Shown here: one piece after another, positions 26,020 to 35,910 of the stretch | Position numbering within the stretch: the stretch's first letter is position 1 | How the letters are laid out: the number at the start of each line of letters is the position of its first letter | Virus record (IMG/VR): IMGVR_UViG_3300025000_000132 | Location: 1 to 54,244 of that record | Source of the DNA: a virus | Lineage: Duplodnaviria; Caudoviricetes | Direction: 5' to 3' (one strand) | DNA: 54,244 nt | The notes under the pieces: model-generated | Database searches by the model: none | The model's input: only the letters and a program-made list of their open reading frames with translations | Told to the model about the DNA's origin: nothing | Program-made: the position numbers and the translations under genes

Positions 26020-29000
26020 CTACGTCCCTCTCACGTCGACCGGTCGTGCCGGACTCTCCCCGGAGGATCTTGCGCACGGCCGGTTTAATATCCCGCCCCC
26101 CGATGGCAAACCTCGGCATCCGCAGGTTGAACTTCCTGATATCCTCCATGGCGGCACTGTCGCCGTCACCCTCAAGGATGGCCTCCGCCGCCCGCCGGAT
26201 AAGTTTCCCTCGCCGCTCGGTGATCCGGGTTGATATCCCCCGCAGGCTGCGCTCCGCCCCTTGCGCCTTGGAGATCTCCTCCGGGTTGAAACCGAGGGCA
26301 ATCATCAGCACATCGTCGGGGCCGATCTGGTCGTCAGGGATCAACTTCTTGCCGGCGCCGGTCTTCACCCCGTCCGTCATAGCTCTGATCGCCTTGAAGA
26401 CATCCTTGATCGGTTTGGGGGCAGCGGCTTCAAGGCCCTTCATATAGTTGCCCTTGTTGATCATCTCGTCATATCCCTGCGCTAAGCCGGCACCGACTGA
26501 GAACACCGGGCCAAGCTGGTTGGCAGCCCACCACGCAGCAAGCTCCTTGCCATGCAGCCTCGGCGGCGGCTCGCTCTGCATCCCGTAGACATCCTGCAAG
26601 CCTACCCGCTTGGAGATATCCGCCCCGACCAGCGACGGCAGGCCGTGGGTCAAGAGGTCGGCCATGGTCTTCGGGAAGGTATTCTGTAACCAGTTGGTAT
26701 ACATCAGTCGGTAATCCTCCGGCTCGTCGTCGTCCCCCAGGATTGCCCCGAGGATGGCGAAGACCGTGCCGGCGAACGGCATCCCAAGAGACCCGGCCAG
26801 AGCGCCGGTCATTCCCATGATGCCGACGAACTCCTTGGTGGCCGCAGCCTTGATCTCCTTGCTCTCGCCCCTGATTGCATTGTTGAGCAGCATCGCCAAC
26901 CGGATGCCGGTCATGATCCGGTAATGCTGGAACTGCAGGACCACCCGAGTCAGACCGCCCTGCAGGGCCGCACCCTTGTTCTCCTTGGAGTAGGAATAGA
27001 GGGTGTCGTTGACCACTTCGGCGATGTCGTTCATCGCCAGGAAGAATTCCTTGCCGTCCTGGGAAGCCAGATCGTAGGTGCTGAGCACTGCCGCCTTGCG
27101 GGAGGTAAGTTCGGACAGGCTCATCGGTTTCATTGCCAGGTTGAAGACCTTACTCATCATGCTGTCCGGGTCCTTGCCGCGGGTCAGGTCATAGGCCTCG
27201 TGTGCTGCCGAGATATCGAGGAGGTTGCGAGCCATGGCCTCCCGCAGGACCAACAGACGACGTTGGTAGGGGGTGAGTTCGTCAGCTATCCGCTTCGCCA
27301 GCTGCTCCTCGGTGAACAACGGCTCGCCCAGTTCCTTGCCCTTGGCAGCCGGCGTGTTGCGGTTGTCGATGGTGACCACGGCGTGGAGTTCGTCAAAGAG
27401 CAGCTCGACAATTGGATCGTTGAACATCGGCGCCCGCCGGTAGTCTTTCTTGAACGACTCCTTGGTCCACAGTGCCAAGGCCTTGGCTGCCTTGACCGGC
27501 CCGTACTTGACCGCCAGCTTAGGCAGGGTCAAAGCGCCGAGCTGAGTCATCTGCACCAGGGCGATCGACGGCGAGGTCATGTACCAGCCGGTGCCGATCT
27601 TGCCTAAGAAAGATGCAGCCACGCCGACCTTCACCGAGCGCAGGGCCTGGACCCGGGCCCGCAGGTCGTTGAGCAGGTGGTTCTCCATGTCGGTGTTGGC
27701 AGCGGCATCACCGTCAAGCTTGGCCTTGATATCGTCGCCCATGCTCTTGAGGTCGCCCTCGATCTTCTTACCCTGCTCAGTCCAGGCGATGTTGGAAGCA
27801 TGACGCTGCATGTAATCGAGGTAACTGCGCAGCATATCGAGGCTGTAGCCCTTGACGTTTTTTCTGCGCACCGAGTTTTTCAGGGCGGAGGTCTCCGGCT
27901 GCCAGCGCAGCCAGATCTGGGTCATGTCGTTGATGGTGTTCTGAGCTGCCTCGAGGGCATCAGCAACGGCGACGTCGTCGTACTGGTTTACCCCTACCAT
28001 GTACTTTTCCCGGACAGTCTTGCTCAACTGCTCAAGCATCATCGCAGGTATTGCGACCGCGCCGGCCGGCTGCTTGTCCTTGTACGACTCCTTGATGCCG
28101 GCCGGATCAACACCGGCAGCGATGCGCTCAGCCTTGGCCTCGTTGCGCTCGGCGATGGTGGTGAAATGCTCGGCCCACTTGAAGCCGTCCTTGTCGACGT
28201 ACTTGAGGACGAAGTCGCCGACCCGGGCCAGTGGCCAGTAGGCACCATGCAGGTCGGTGAAGGTGGCGTCGAACTTGAGCATCATTTCTTTACGCTCGTC
28301 GGAGTTGGGCTCGGTCACCTTTTCAATGTAGCGCAGCAGGTTGTTCTTCTCCCGGGTCCTGATGCCGGCGATGTGCTCGACAGTGTCCTGGTAAGCCTGC
28401 TTCATCTCGTTGGTCTTGAGGGCGTCGTAGGCCTTCTTCGCCTCGCTGTAGGCCTCGATATACGTCAGCTTGGTGGCCTTTTGCATCTTCGCTGCCACCC
28501 ACTTCTTCTGAGCGTTCTTCAGCTTTTCGGACTTGGTCTTACCTTCTACCCAGTCCTGACTGTAGACGTCCAGCCAGGGGGTTATGCGGTTAAATGAGGC
28601 GGTAGCTGCCGCGGTGTTGAAGACATCCAGCCCGACGGTCTTCTGGGCCACCTCCATGGCCTTGTCGTAGACCACCTTCGAGGTGTCGACGATCTCAGTC
28701 TTGGCAGAGACCACGGCGTCCAAGTGCTTGGCGAAATCCTTGATCTGCGGGATGGTCTTGCCGAATGTCTGCACCAGGGTGTGCAGCGGGGTCACCGCCA
28801 GCCACTGCGGAGCATACTGGACATAGAGATCGTGGAGCTTGGACTTCGGGTTCTTGATCGCAGTGAGGGTCATGTCGAGCTTTTTCTGCCCGGACTTGAA
28901 GGCTTCACTGATCTGCTCGTCGGCGATGACACCGAGGGGGGTCTGGACCTGCTCGGCAGTCGTCCGTCCCATCAACTTATCCAGTGAAGAGGTGACCACG

Positions 29001-32000
29001 TTCGCGTCGGCGTTGAGCAGGTCCTCGCCCAGCCGCAGGACTTCGCTGAGAGCGGTGTCGGAGGCGGCGGTGAGGCCGAAAAACGTCCTGACGGACTGCA
29101 CGAACCTGGACCACAGGGTCTCGGTCTTGCCCAGCTTGACGGTCTCCAGGTAGTCCTGCATCTCCTTGTTGGACAGTGTCCAGGCCAGCACCTCGGAGGG
29201 GTTGTTGAGGGCGTTGACGTTGCGCTGCAGGATCCTCTGCTCGAACTCGGTGAGGGTCTCGCCGCTCGCCGCCCGGGTGTTGAAGTGGTCGATGATCAGG
29301 TTGGTGACATCGACCATCTCCGCGGTAGCCTTGGCGAGCGTCGTGCCGGTGCTGACCTTGCGGTTACCGACATGGATGGCCGCCTGGGTGGCGGCGTGGA
29401 TCAGCTCGTGGAGGACAGTCTCGTAGGACATCCCCACCTTGCCGGTGACATCGGCACCGTTCAGTCTGACCGTGGTCTTGATGCCGTCCGAGAAGTCGGT
29501 GGTCGACACACCCCGGGAGTTGGCTGAGGAGGCCGGGATGCTGTCGCCGACATGGGTGACGTTCAGGTTGAACTCGACGCCTGCACCCTTGAGCCTGAGC
29601 AGGGCCACCCGGACCTTGGCGGCGATCAGCTTGTGTCCGTTGTTCGGCGTGTTGTTGATCAGCCACTCAGCGGCCTGGATGGGGGTCTTGCCCTCGATAC
29701 CCTTCTGGACTTTCTCAGCTTCTGCTTTGGACGGGTCGCCCAAATTACTTGGACCCGCCTTGGCGTCGGCGACCTTTACTTGCTCATCCTCAATCACCGC
29801 CGTCAGCCCCTGGTACTCAGCCTCGTCCATCTCAGCTATCTCGGCCATGGCGGCATCGGCCTTGGCCCTCGGGTTCTGCGCCCGATAGGCGCGGATGGCG
29901 GCGTCGGACGGGACGCGTTTGAACGGCGTGTCGCCACTAGCGATGTCCTCAGCAATGACTTTCGCCTGTGCTGCGTAGGCGGAGGGGAGGGGCTTCTCTG
30001 CTTTCTTGGAGGTGACTTTCTTTTCGGGCTTAGCCTTGACTAGTGTAGGTTTCTTCGCCGGAGATTTAGCAGTATCCCCGGTAAGTTTGATCGGGTGAGT
30101 CTTTCCGAACCGGTCAGTCAGCGCAATCTCGTTGAAGGTTATTTCCGTACCCTCGAGCGAGGCATTACCAACGTATTTCTTCCCCTCGCCCTTCTTCACG
30201 TAGGCAATGGTCGCATGTGGCTGATAGTCCTTGTATGTCTCCCCGGGCAGGTCGACCAGGTCCCCTACCTTTTTGTTTGCGCCCCGCAGGGAGTCGCTGA
30301 TTATCTCGGCCTTCACCACGTCGTACTTGTCAGTTTCAAAGATCGACACCTTGCCGATCTTGGCGGTTACTGGGCCGACCTTCGACAGTTCAGCCAGTTC
30401 TGCAGGGTTGTCGGTACCAAGCCCGTACCTTACAGTGATATGCGGCTCTGTCTCGCGGCCATATGAATCATCGTTAGGATCGGTGTAAAGCTCACTATCA
30501 GGGATTGATTTTCCGAGGTCGGTTATCTTCTTAGCGGCAGGCCCCTTGATGTTCACCTGAGTGTTGCTGTAATCGTGTACCTGTCCTTCTTCCTTTACAG
30601 GTTTGGCAGTAGCGACAACCGCATTATTCTTCTTCCCCTCCCACTGCGCCTTCATCTTCTCGGCCGCAGACCGGACGCTCTCCTCGGAGGCGTCCTTGGC
30701 AGAGAAAGTCACGCCCTTGAGCGGGCCAGCCTGGTAAGTGAACTGCGGCAGGCCGAGGTTGTCGCCGTTGTACTTGAGGTCCTTGTCGACCTTGGCAGCT
30801 ACTCGGACCAGCTGTAGTTCTCCCCTCGACTCTCCGACGCTCGCACTGCTGTCAGTGCTGACTGCGTTGCTTGCCGGCAAATTTCCTGCTGACTTCTGGG
30901 GGCCTCCGGCGGGTTCTGCTTCGAGTACCTGAGAAAGCGTTCCTGCAGGTTCGGCTGCAGCTGGGGTTTGCGACGGAGCCACAGCCACGCCTTGACCAAC
31001 TCCTCCCTCCGGAGGTACAGGAATTGCAACATTGTTCATCTCCTCCCGTATTTTGAAGATCTCCTCCTGCACCGCGGTCTTCTCAAGGCCTACCGGCAGT
31101 GCCTCCCACTGATCAACAAGGGTGTCGTGCTGGAAGGTCAGGGTGTCGAGGTCAGTCGGCTCGGTCTGGTTGGTGACTACTGGCTGGGTACTAGCCGGGG
31201 CAGCGCTCGGTTCAGGAGTCAGTGGTTCAGAAACTCCGTCCACCACTTGCTCGGGTCCAGGTTGTACAGCCTGAACAGGTTCATTTGCAGGCGTTGCCTG
31301 CGGCTCAGTTTCATCTCTTTTTACCTTAGTTGCATTTTTCTCAAGCCAATTGAACTGGGACCCAGGACTCTTCGGACGCTTTGCCAACTCAGCATTGACC
31401 TGCTCTCTGGTCATGCCTGCTGGCGGTGCATACTCATAAACCTTGAACTCGTCTTTCTTGTCATTGTAAACCTGAAACCTCACCACCTCCGGACGCACCG
31501 GGTCGTCCTCCAGCTGCTCGAACTTCTTGGTCCCGGACTTGGCCAGCAGCTTCTGGTATTCCTTACGCTCGTCTGGCGTGAACTGCTCCCCGCCCAGTGC
31601 CTTGGCCTCAAGCTCGGCGAGGCGAGCAGGAGACTTCTTCACTGCATCGACTACGCTGCCGCCCTGCGCCAGGGTCTGGGCAAGGGTGTCGACGTCCGCC
31701 TCGCCGCCCTCGGTAGTGACCTTGCCGTTATGCACGACGCCCTCGACCCCTAGGTTCTTCAGCAGTGTCTTCTGGGCAGAATCCTTGACCGGGTCCACAG
31801 CAGCCTCAGCAGCACGGCGGATAGGCATCTCGTTGGCGATATCCTCAACCGCTCCGGAGAACCACTCCTCTGCCCCGGGCACGTTATTATCCACGGCCTC
31901 GGTGTGCAGCATATGGACCACAGCCAGCCGCGCTTCTGCCGGCGCCGCCTTCGGGTCGGCCAGGATCTGATCTACCGCTTCCGCTCTGCGAGAGTTACGA

Positions 32001-32893
32001 TAATGGCCGGCGAGTCCGAACGGCGCCAGCAGTGCAGTCATGCCGAGCGTCGGAGCAATAACGTCCTTGGTCTGCTGCCATGGATCAACGTCGACCCCAG
32101 CATTCTTCTCAACTACAGCCTGCCCGTAACCCTGACCCATCTCGGTCGCAACCTCGCCGACTGCGGTCTTGAACAGCTGCTTGGCAAAGGGCTTCCACAG
32201 CGCGGAGTCCGTCGCGTTTGCAATGACCTTGTCAATACCTTCCTTTGCTACTTTGCTCAGGGCCTTGCCCCCGATGCCGAGCAGCTTGCCGCCGAGATAC
32301 GTACCGATGGTCTCGCCGCCGGCCTCGATCGCTCCCGACTTCCAGCCAGCGATGCGGGCAGCCTCGGTGTCTCCACCGGCTTCCTTGACTCGCTCCATGG
32401 TGTCCTGAGCCTGGGCCATGCCCATAGGCACTGCACCGGCAAGCGCAGATATTCCCAGGCCAACAGCGGCAGGAACGGCAGCAGTGGGGGCGGCAGCCAG
32501 GCCGGCACCGACAACGAGCGGGATAGCGACGGAGGGAGCGAGCATCTCGGCGCCTTCCGCAAGGGCGTTGGTAACGGCGTTGTGACCTTCAGGATTCAGC
32601 TGGATCTCGGGTTTGGCGAGTCGCGCCTCGGCTGCGTTGACGATGCCCTGGCCGAACTTATACACTCTGGACTCCGGCTCGGTTGCCCACTTGGCAGCCT
32701 GCCCGACCATCTTTGGCAACTCTCCGACCACACCACGCTTCAGGCCAGTGTAGACTTCACCGACGGCGGAGCGATTCGCTGCAGTGCGGATGCCTACCGG
32801 CGCAGGGATATTGGCAGGAGAGTTCCCGAGGATGTCGTCTAAGGTGCCCTGCTGTGGCCCGTCGGCGGCGAGAATATCGTCAAGGGTAGGCAT
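25985..32893 (-). CDS. Giant polyvalent internal virion protein (2H phosphoesterase, zincin metallopeptidase, PLxRFG domain)
   Basis: HIT/HAT pair, VLHELIHA, YWPLARVG; last gene of the structural operon. Confidence 0.8.
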   Translation of the reverse strand: MPTLDDILAADGPQQGTLDDILGNSPANIPAPVGIRTAANRSAVGEVYTGLKRGVVGELPKMVGQAAKWATEPESRVYKFGQGIVNAAEARLAKPEIQLNPEGHNAVTNALAEGAEMLAPSVAIPLVVGAGLAAAPTAAVPAAVGLGISALAGAVPMGMAQAQDTMERVKEAGGDTEAARIAGWKSGAIEAGGETIGTYLGGKLLGIGGKALSKVAKEGIDKVIANATDSALWKPFAKQLFKTAVGEVATEMGQGYGQAVVEKNAGVDVDPWQQTKDVIAPTLGMTALLAPFGLAGHYRNSRRAEAVDQILADPKAAPAEARLAVVHMLHTEAVDNNVPGAEEWFSGAVEDIANEMPIRRAAEAAVDPVKDSAQKTLLKNLGVEGVVHNGKVTTEGGEADVDTLAQTLAQGGSVVDAVKKSPARLAELEAKALGGEQFTPDERKEYQKLLAKSGTKKFEQLEDDPVRPEVVRFQVYNDKKDEFKVYEYAPPAGMTREQVNAELAKRPKSPGSQFNWLEKNATKVKRDETEPQATPANEPVQAVQPGPEQVVDGVSEPLTPEPSAAPASTQPVVTNQTEPTDLDTLTFQHDTLVDQWEALPVGLEKTAVQEEIFKIREEMNNVAIPVPPEGGVGQGVAVAPSQTPAAAEPAGTLSQVLEAEPAGGPQKSAGNLPASNAVSTDSSASVGESRGELQLVRVAAKVDKDLKYNGDNLGLPQFTYQAGPLKGVTFSAKDASEESVRSAAEKMKAQWEGKKNNAVVATAKPVKEEGQVHDYSNTQVNIKGPAAKKITDLGKSIPDSELYTDPNDDSYGRETEPHITVRYGLGTDNPAELAELSKVGPVTAKIGKVSIFETDKYDVVKAEIISDSLRGANKKVGDLVDLPGETYKDYQPHATIAYVKKGEGKKYVGNASLEGTEITFNEIALTDRFGKTHPIKLTGDTAKSPAKKPTLVKAKPEKKVTSKKAEKPLPSAYAAQAKVIAEDIASGDTPFKRVPSDAAIRAYRAQNPRAKADAAMAEIAEMDEAEYQGLTAVIEDEQVKVADAKAGPSNLGDPSKAEAEKVQKGIEGKTPIQAAEWLINNTPNNGHKLIAAKVRVALLRLKGAGVEFNLNVTHVGDSIPASSANSRGVSTTDFSDGIKTTVRLNGADVTGKVGMSYETVLHELIHAATQAAIHVGNRKVSTGTTLAKATAEMVDVTNLIIDHFNTRAASGETLTEFEQRILQRNVNALNNPSEVLAWTLSNKEMQDYLETVKLGKTETLWSRFVQSVRTFFGLTAASDTALSEVLRLGEDLLNADANVVTSSLDKLMGRTTAEQVQTPLGVIADEQISEAFKSGQKKLDMTLTAIKNPKSKLHDLYVQYAPQWLAVTPLHTLVQTFGKTIPQIKDFAKHLDAVVSAKTEIVDTSKVVYDKAMEVAQKTVGLDVFNTAAATASFNRITPWLDVYSQDWVEGKTKSEKLKNAQKKWVAAKMQKATKLTYIEAYSEAKKAYDALKTNEMKQAYQDTVEHIAGIRTREKNNLLRYIEKVTEPNSDERKEMMLKFDATFTDLHGAYWPLARVGDFVLKYVDKDGFKWAEHFTTIAERNEAKAERIAAGVDPAGIKESYKDKQPAGAVAIPAMMLEQLSKTVREKYMVGVNQYDDVAVADALEAAQNTINDMTQIWLRWQPETSALKNSVRRKNVKGYSLDMLRSYLDYMQRHASNIAWTEQGKKIEGDLKSMGDDIKAKLDGDAAANTDMENHLLNDLRARVQALRSVKVGVAASFLGKIGTGWYMTSPSIALVQMTQLGALTLPKLAVKYGPVKAAKALALWTKESFKKDYRRAPMFNDPIVELLFDELHAVVTIDNRNTPAAKGKELGEPLFTEEQLAKRIADELTPYQRRLLVLREAMARNLLDISAAHEAYDLTRGKDPDSMMSKVFNLAMKPMSLSELTSRKAAVLSTYDLASQDGKEFFLAMNDIAEVVNDTLYSYSKENKGAALQGGLTRVVLQFQHYRIMTGIRLAMLLNNAIRGESKEIKAAATKEFVGIMGMTGALAGSLGMPFAGTVFAILGAILGDDDEPEDYRLMYTNWLQNTFPKTMADLLTHGLPSLVGADISKRVGLQDVYGMQSEPPPRLHGKELAAWWAANQLGPVFSVGAGLAQGYDEMINKGNYMKGLEAAAPKPIKDVFKAIRAMTDGVKTGAGKKLIPDDQIGPDDVLMIALGFNPEEISKAQGAERSLRGISTRITERRGKLIRRAAEAILEGDGDSAAMEDIRKFNLRMPRFAIGGRDIKPAVRKILRGESGTTGRRERDVATQYEVPAMME

Positions 32894-32906
32894 TAAGCCC
32901 TCCGGG

Positions 32907-33893
32907 TTATTTTAAGTTCTTGATAAACTCTGCGACTTCCGTGGGCGTAACATCGGCGCGGCCGGCGAAATGCTTGTCGACTACGGACTTCTTGTCTGCT
33001 GCCAGCTGAGTGTAAAGCAACTTGGCTGTTGTGCCCCCGCTCTTGGGTTCCAGGATCTCCATGGTGTCAGGGTCGACCAAAACCTGCTTCTTAATGGTCT
33101 GCTGTTCGCCAAGCTGGTTCGGCGGACCGACGGGAATCTCTTGGTTGAGGACGATCGGTTTGCGGCGGGTAGCCTCCTGTGCAGCCATTGTCGCAGCCCT
33201 CAACCCCCGAGCAGATGTCCCTTCGAGCGGGATCTCGGCAGTCTCGGCGCGAGTCTTAGCAGCGTCAGCGATGTCTTTTGGCACGCCGCCAGCGATATCC
33301 GCCCACTGCGCGTTGCGCTGGGTGTAGCCTTCCATCAGGGACTTGTTGTAGTCGGCGATGCCGGCGTTGGCCGCGTTCATCTCCGCCGAGCCATCGCTGT
33401 AGATCGGATTTCGGTTCCGGTCGTAGCCAGTGATCTGCCGGAAGGCCTTGGCACTGACAAAAGGCGTCTGCAGGGCGGGCGGGGCGTCGGTGCCGTTCTG
33501 AATTTCCTGGAAGGAATACTTGCCGGTGGCCGGGTCCTGCAGCATGGCGCGGTGGACGCTCGGGCTCGGGTCGCTCGACATCCCGGTGCCGATGTATTTC
33601 TGATAATCAGAAGAGTCCTGCGCCGAGCGGAACCGCATCCCGGCCGGTGCTCCGGGCTGAGCGGCGACGGCTGCTGCGGGAGTGGTGCTGGCCTGAGCGG
33701 TTATCTGTCTCTTGATGCCAGTCGGCTCTGCCGGAGGAGGCACTGCAGCCGAGGTCTGCGCCAGTCCGTGGGAGGGCATCAGACTGGGAGTCCTCATACT
33801 TAAAGGCGCCGCCCATGCCGGAATATCTCGTGCCCAGCTTATCCCTCTGGGGACCTTTGCCAGTTCCTTTTCTTCCTCAGTCCGTATCGCCAT
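32907..33893 (-). CDS. Putative internal virion protein
   Basis: AAGGAGG RBS; Ala/Pro/Gln-rich; position between internal virion genes. Confidence 0.6.
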   Translation of the reverse strand: MAIRTEEEKELAKVPRGISWARDIPAWAAPLSMRTPSLMPSHGLAQTSAAVPPPAEPTGIKRQITAQASTTPAAAVAAQPGAPAGMRFRSAQDSSDYQKYIGTGMSSDPSPSVHRAMLQDPATGKYSFQEIQNGTDAPPALQTPFVSAKAFRQITGYDRNRNPIYSDGSAEMNAANAGIADYNKSLMEGYTQRNAQWADIAGGVPKDIADAAKTRAETAEIPLEGTSARGLRAATMAAQEATRRKPIVLNQEIPVGPPNQLGEQQTIKKQVLVDPDTMEILEPKSGGTTAKLLYTQLAADKKSVVDKHFAGRADVTPTEVAEFIKNLK

Positions 33894-33951
33894 GATGTAA
33901 CCTCCTTATACTTTCTTAACCTACCGCATCAGCAGAGAAATGTCTACCGTG

Positions 33952-35898
33952 TTACATATTATAATTGTAATTATGCAGCGTTTTTGTACCGGTCTCGTCG
34001 CTGGTGGAATTGACCCTGCTGTCGCTGTCGCTTTCACTGTAGGAGTTCGAGAGGCTTTCGTTGAACCCGAGCTGGGCCGAGGCGGAGACACTCGACAGGG
34101 CAGAAGCGACCTTCTGGGCCTGAATCAGGGCGGCGGCTTTCAAGGCTTCGACCTGCACTTCCTTCATCGCCGTCATCGCCCGCAGGTTGGCTTCAAGTTC
34201 CTTGACCGCGATCTCGGCCTGAGCCATGACCCCGGAGATAGTTGCCGAGTAGCGATTTACCAGTGCCTTAATGTACTCGCTCTCTCGCCCGACCTCTGCC
34301 TCATAGGCGCCGATGTCCGCGGCGTAGACCTTGGTGCCGGCCTCCTCGAGCCCAAGCTGGTAGTCTGTATCGGCCTTATACTTCTCGATGGCCGCGGTGA
34401 GCACGGCGATCCGGTCCTTGTTGCCCTCGGTCACGGCCTGGATCTCGGCAATGTTGATCTCGGAGGCGACCTTGGCCCCCTGCATCTGCGCGGAGAAGGC
34501 CTCGACCTGCTTGGCGAACAGGTCCACCTTGGCTGTTTCGCCTGCGATCTGAGCCTGGTAGAGGTTAAACCCGGCGGTGACTCCGTTGATCTGGGCAACG
34601 GCGGCGTCGATGCGAGCCCGGAACGCCTCGATCCGTGCCTTGTCGATTTCCACCTGCAGCTTCGCCCCTTCCATCTGAGCGCGGTAGAGGTCAATCACCA
34701 CCTGCAGAGCCTGGACCCGCTTCGAGTAAATCTCCACCTGCTGCACCTGCAGGTCGCCGAGGATCTTCGCCCCTTCCATCTGGGCGCGGTAAATCTCCAC
34801 CCGGGCGAGCTCGGCGCGGATCCGGCTCTCGAAGACCTGGGCCAGGGTCTTGTAGCCCTCAAGCCGAGCAGTGTAGGCCGAAACCCGCAACTGGAAGATG
34901 TCGATGACCATCTGCACCTGGGTCTTGGCAATCTCGAAGGCTCGCTGGTTCACCTGGTTGGTGAAGTCCATGATCTGCTTCTCGAAGGTCAGGCCGCTGG
35001 TGATGGCGAACTGAGTCGCCTGCTGGGTGACATCGGCCTGCTTGTACATGGTATCCCGGGCGAGGTCGAGCCGGGTTCGCCGGTCGTCGTACAGAGCCTC
35101 CTGCAGGGCGGCGGAGAGCACCCCGTCGGGCATCTCCATGTTCCACTGCTCCCAGGCGTTGAGGATCTTGGCGGTACCTTTGTTGATCTCAATGTCAAGC
35201 TGGGTCAGTGCCCGCTCCCAGATCGCCGTCCACACCTCGTCGGTATAGACCGCGTTGCCGAGCGTGATGTCGTTGTAGAGCTTGGTGCGCAGGGCGTCGG
35301 CAAGGTCGGACTGGTAGGTCGCTTCACTGTAGACGAACATCGGCTCGGGCGGGGTCAGGTCGGCGGTCGGCATCACGCCGTCAAAGCTCAGGCCCTCAAG
35401 CACTGGCGCGGCTGGCAGGGCGATCGTCTCAAGCACCGGCACCGGCGGCAGGTCAAGGCTCGGGGCAGGCGGGATGGCCGGGTCGGCGACCGCCGGCGCA
35501 TCGGAGGGCACTGTCGGGATGGCAGTGCTTGGCATGGCCGGGATGTTCACCGTCGGTTCGACAGCCGTGAGCACCGGCAGAGTGATCTCTGCGATCGTCG
35601 CCTCGGTGAGCCCGAGCAAGTTGCGCAGGGCAGCGATATCGGAGAACGTCACCGCCGTCATCTTGCTGACGTAGGCCGCAACCGCGTCAGGGCTGGGGGG
35701 CTCGCCGATCGGCGGCTCAGGCGGCAGGTCACTGATATCGACACTGCCGGAAGGCGCAGAGAACGAAGCATTGCCGAGTGCCCCCAGGGCGCTGGTTGAA
35801 GCTGAATCGTACTGGTTGACAAGGTCGGTGCTCAACCCGAACCTGGCAGTGACAAGGTCCTCGGCTACTGATGCGTCTGGGAATCCAAAACTGCCCAT
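33952..35898 (-). CDS. Virion protein with Pro-rich N-half and long coiled-coil repeats
   Basis: AAGGAG RBS; repeated (I/L)YRAQMEGAK units. Confidence 0.7.
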   Translation of the reverse strand: MGSFGFPDASVAEDLVTARFGLSTDLVNQYDSASTSALGALGNASFSAPSGSVDISDLPPEPPIGEPPSPDAVAAYVSKMTAVTFSDIAALRNLLGLTEATIAEITLPVLTAVEPTVNIPAMPSTAIPTVPSDAPAVADPAIPPAPSLDLPPVPVLETIALPAAPVLEGLSFDGVMPTADLTPPEPMFVYSEATYQSDLADALRTKLYNDITLGNAVYTDEVWTAIWERALTQLDIEINKGTAKILNAWEQWNMEMPDGVLSAALQEALYDDRRTRLDLARDTMYKQADVTQQATQFAITSGLTFEKQIMDFTNQVNQRAFEIAKTQVQMVIDIFQLRVSAYTARLEGYKTLAQVFESRIRAELARVEIYRAQMEGAKILGDLQVQQVEIYSKRVQALQVVIDLYRAQMEGAKLQVEIDKARIEAFRARIDAAVAQINGVTAGFNLYQAQIAGETAKVDLFAKQVEAFSAQMQGAKVASEINIAEIQAVTEGNKDRIAVLTAAIEKYKADTDYQLGLEEAGTKVYAADIGAYEAEVGRESEYIKALVNRYSATISGVMAQAEIAVKELEANLRAMTAMKEVQVEALKAAALIQAQKVASALSSVSASAQLGFNESLSNSYSESDSDSRVNSTSDETGTKTLHNYNYNM

Positions 35899-35910
35899 AA
35901 TGTTGCTCCT

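Noticed and set aside
26924-33803. Several 200-310 aa + strand ORFs opposite the giant gene and its neighbour
   Set aside because: Antisense shadows without recognisable domains
33940-35799. 619-aa + strand ORF antisense to the coiled-coil virion gene
   Set aside because: His/Leu/Gly-rich shadow typical of GC-rich codon bias on the opposite strand; no motifs or RBS
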